This document shows positions 62,942 to 64,000 of a stretch of 64,000 nt of DNA, piece by piece. Made by a program: the position numbers and the translations under genes. The DNA lies in contig NW_027117341.1 of NCBI RefSeq assembly GCF_038025025.1, forward strand, positions 1,302,001 through 1,366,000, given 5' to 3'. The DNA is from Phyllosticta citribraziliensis. Its lineage: Eukaryota. How positions within the stretch are numbered: the stretch's first letter is position 1; every line of letters starts with the position of its first letter. The notes under the pieces are model-generated. The model was given only the letters and a program-made list of their open reading frames with translations, was not told where the DNA came from and searched no databases.

Positions 62942-64000
62942 ATGCCATGGGACTCCCGTGCCGCGCCTGTTGTGCAGGAGACGCTTAGTAACGATTGCAG
63001 AATCATGCTGCATTCAGCCCGGGACCATCTGGCCGGACAATCGGTCCTGGAAGATTCGAACGAGGTCTCTGACGCGCCGCTCGACTTTCCCCTCAGCACT
63101 CCCGCGACATCGAGATGGAGCTACACGTCTCCTGACGAGTGCGATGGTTCCCAGGACCACGTCATTGACTACGCCGGCCTCTTTGCGCATTATGTTCAAG
63201 AAACTGGTCGAGAAGCCATCATGGACGGGACTGCCGACGAAACTGGGATATATTTTTCAGGCCACACTCGCGGAGCATCGGACGGCCCTTCGACTGTATC
63301 ATCGTCCGATCGCACGCATAGCGACTCTTCAATCCCTGAATCTTCCAAAACGTCTGCCGGGTCCTCGCTCAGTAGCATGGCTCGCAAGGTTGCGCGTCAT
63401 GCCGCTCCTGATATGAGATTGATAGATGTGGACAGAAGCGAGTGGGCGAGCAAGTTTTACGATGGAAGATACAGACGATGGAGCACCTCTAGCAGCAATC
63501 GCAACCAGTCCGACGAAGAAGAGGTATCTCGATCGACGTCTGCTACGGCCACCCAGTCAAACGTGGGCCGAACTACCCCGCCATCACCCTGGCCACTTCC
63601 AGATACGCCTTTGATGATGCGAAAGCCATCGACAGACGCCCTGGCAGCCCAAAAGGCAGGTGTCGCACCAATAGATTCACCTCCCATATTGCCACCCTCG
63701 ACTGATGTCACTACTCCGGGAAGCTTGAACACACTATCAAACAGCGGACCGACATCTGAGATAGCTCAGATAGACGAAACTTACTCGCCGCTTCAGACTT
63801 CGGGCCATTCGTGGGACAGTGTTGAGAAGCAAGACACAAAACCTGTGTCAGGAAAACGCCCTCGGCCTAGTTTTCCGCGGTGGAAATCTCACAGAAGCCA
63901 GAAATCAAGAGACACAATACGCAGCAGCGGGCATTCGGATCCGCCTCTGAGCCCGTCTCTCAGCCCACCCTTAAGCCCAAACAAAGTGGAAGAAGACACG
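62942..64000 (+). CDS. Ser/Pro-rich protein of unknown function (5' part; open to the window end)
   Basis: The frame from ATG 62942 (MPWDSRAAPVVQE...) has no stop for 353 codons up to 64000. It is absent from the ORF track because it is unterminated. Confidence 0.7.
   Translation, partial: MPWDSRAAPVVQETLSNDCRIMLHSARDHLAGQSVLEDSNEVSDAPLDFPLSTPATSRWSYTSPDECDGSQDHVIDYAGLFAHYVQETGREAIMDGTADETGIYFSGHTRGASDGPSTVSSSDRTHSDSSIPESSKTSAGSSLSSMARKVARHAAPDMRLIDVDRSEWASKFYDGRYRRWSTSSSNRNQSDEEEVSRSTSATATQSNVGRTTPPSPWPLPDTPLMMRKPSTDALAAQKAGVAPIDSPPILPPSTDVTTPGSLNTLSNSGPTSEIAQIDETYSPLQTSGHSWDSVEKQDTKPVSGKRPRPSFPRWKSHRSQKSRDTIRSSGHSDPPLSPSLSPPLSPNKVEEDT

Noticed and set aside
62391..63416. 341-aa ORF in the track
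   Set aside because: It overlaps in another frame the more natural-looking ORF from 62942, and it has no recognisable motifs.

Overview
This is GC-rich, intron-containing DNA from a filamentous ascomycete (Pezizomycotina; a dothideomycete is a guess). It holds about 18 protein-coding genes, spliced by hand where intron-containing: MDJ1 (partial), SAP30, a DUF6697 protein, a probable augmin HAUS3-like subunit, thymidylate synthase, a CoA-binding protein, a hydantoinase/oxoprolinase-DUF917 fusion, a C2H2 zinc-finger protein, an NDT80-family (NdtA/FSD-1-type) factor, cystathionine beta-synthase, MSP1, TIM21 and several hypothetical proteins. The HAUS3-like gene and thymidylate synthase are head-to-head and share tandem MCB boxes, and MSP1 and TIM21 are also head-to-head. 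I saw no transposon ORF, tRNA or rRNA. The most unusual signal is in the long gene-free stretches. At least six 0.65-1.2 kb segments form nested rod-like fold-backs whose mismatches are G-U wobbles on the + strand, and most sit between a consensus 5' splice site and a branch/3' splice site. This suggests spliced non-coding transcripts with very long structured introns, three of them upstream of the NDT80-family gene. One of these segments also contains a weak telomerase-RNA template candidate. All pairings were found by eye and no folding or database search was run.
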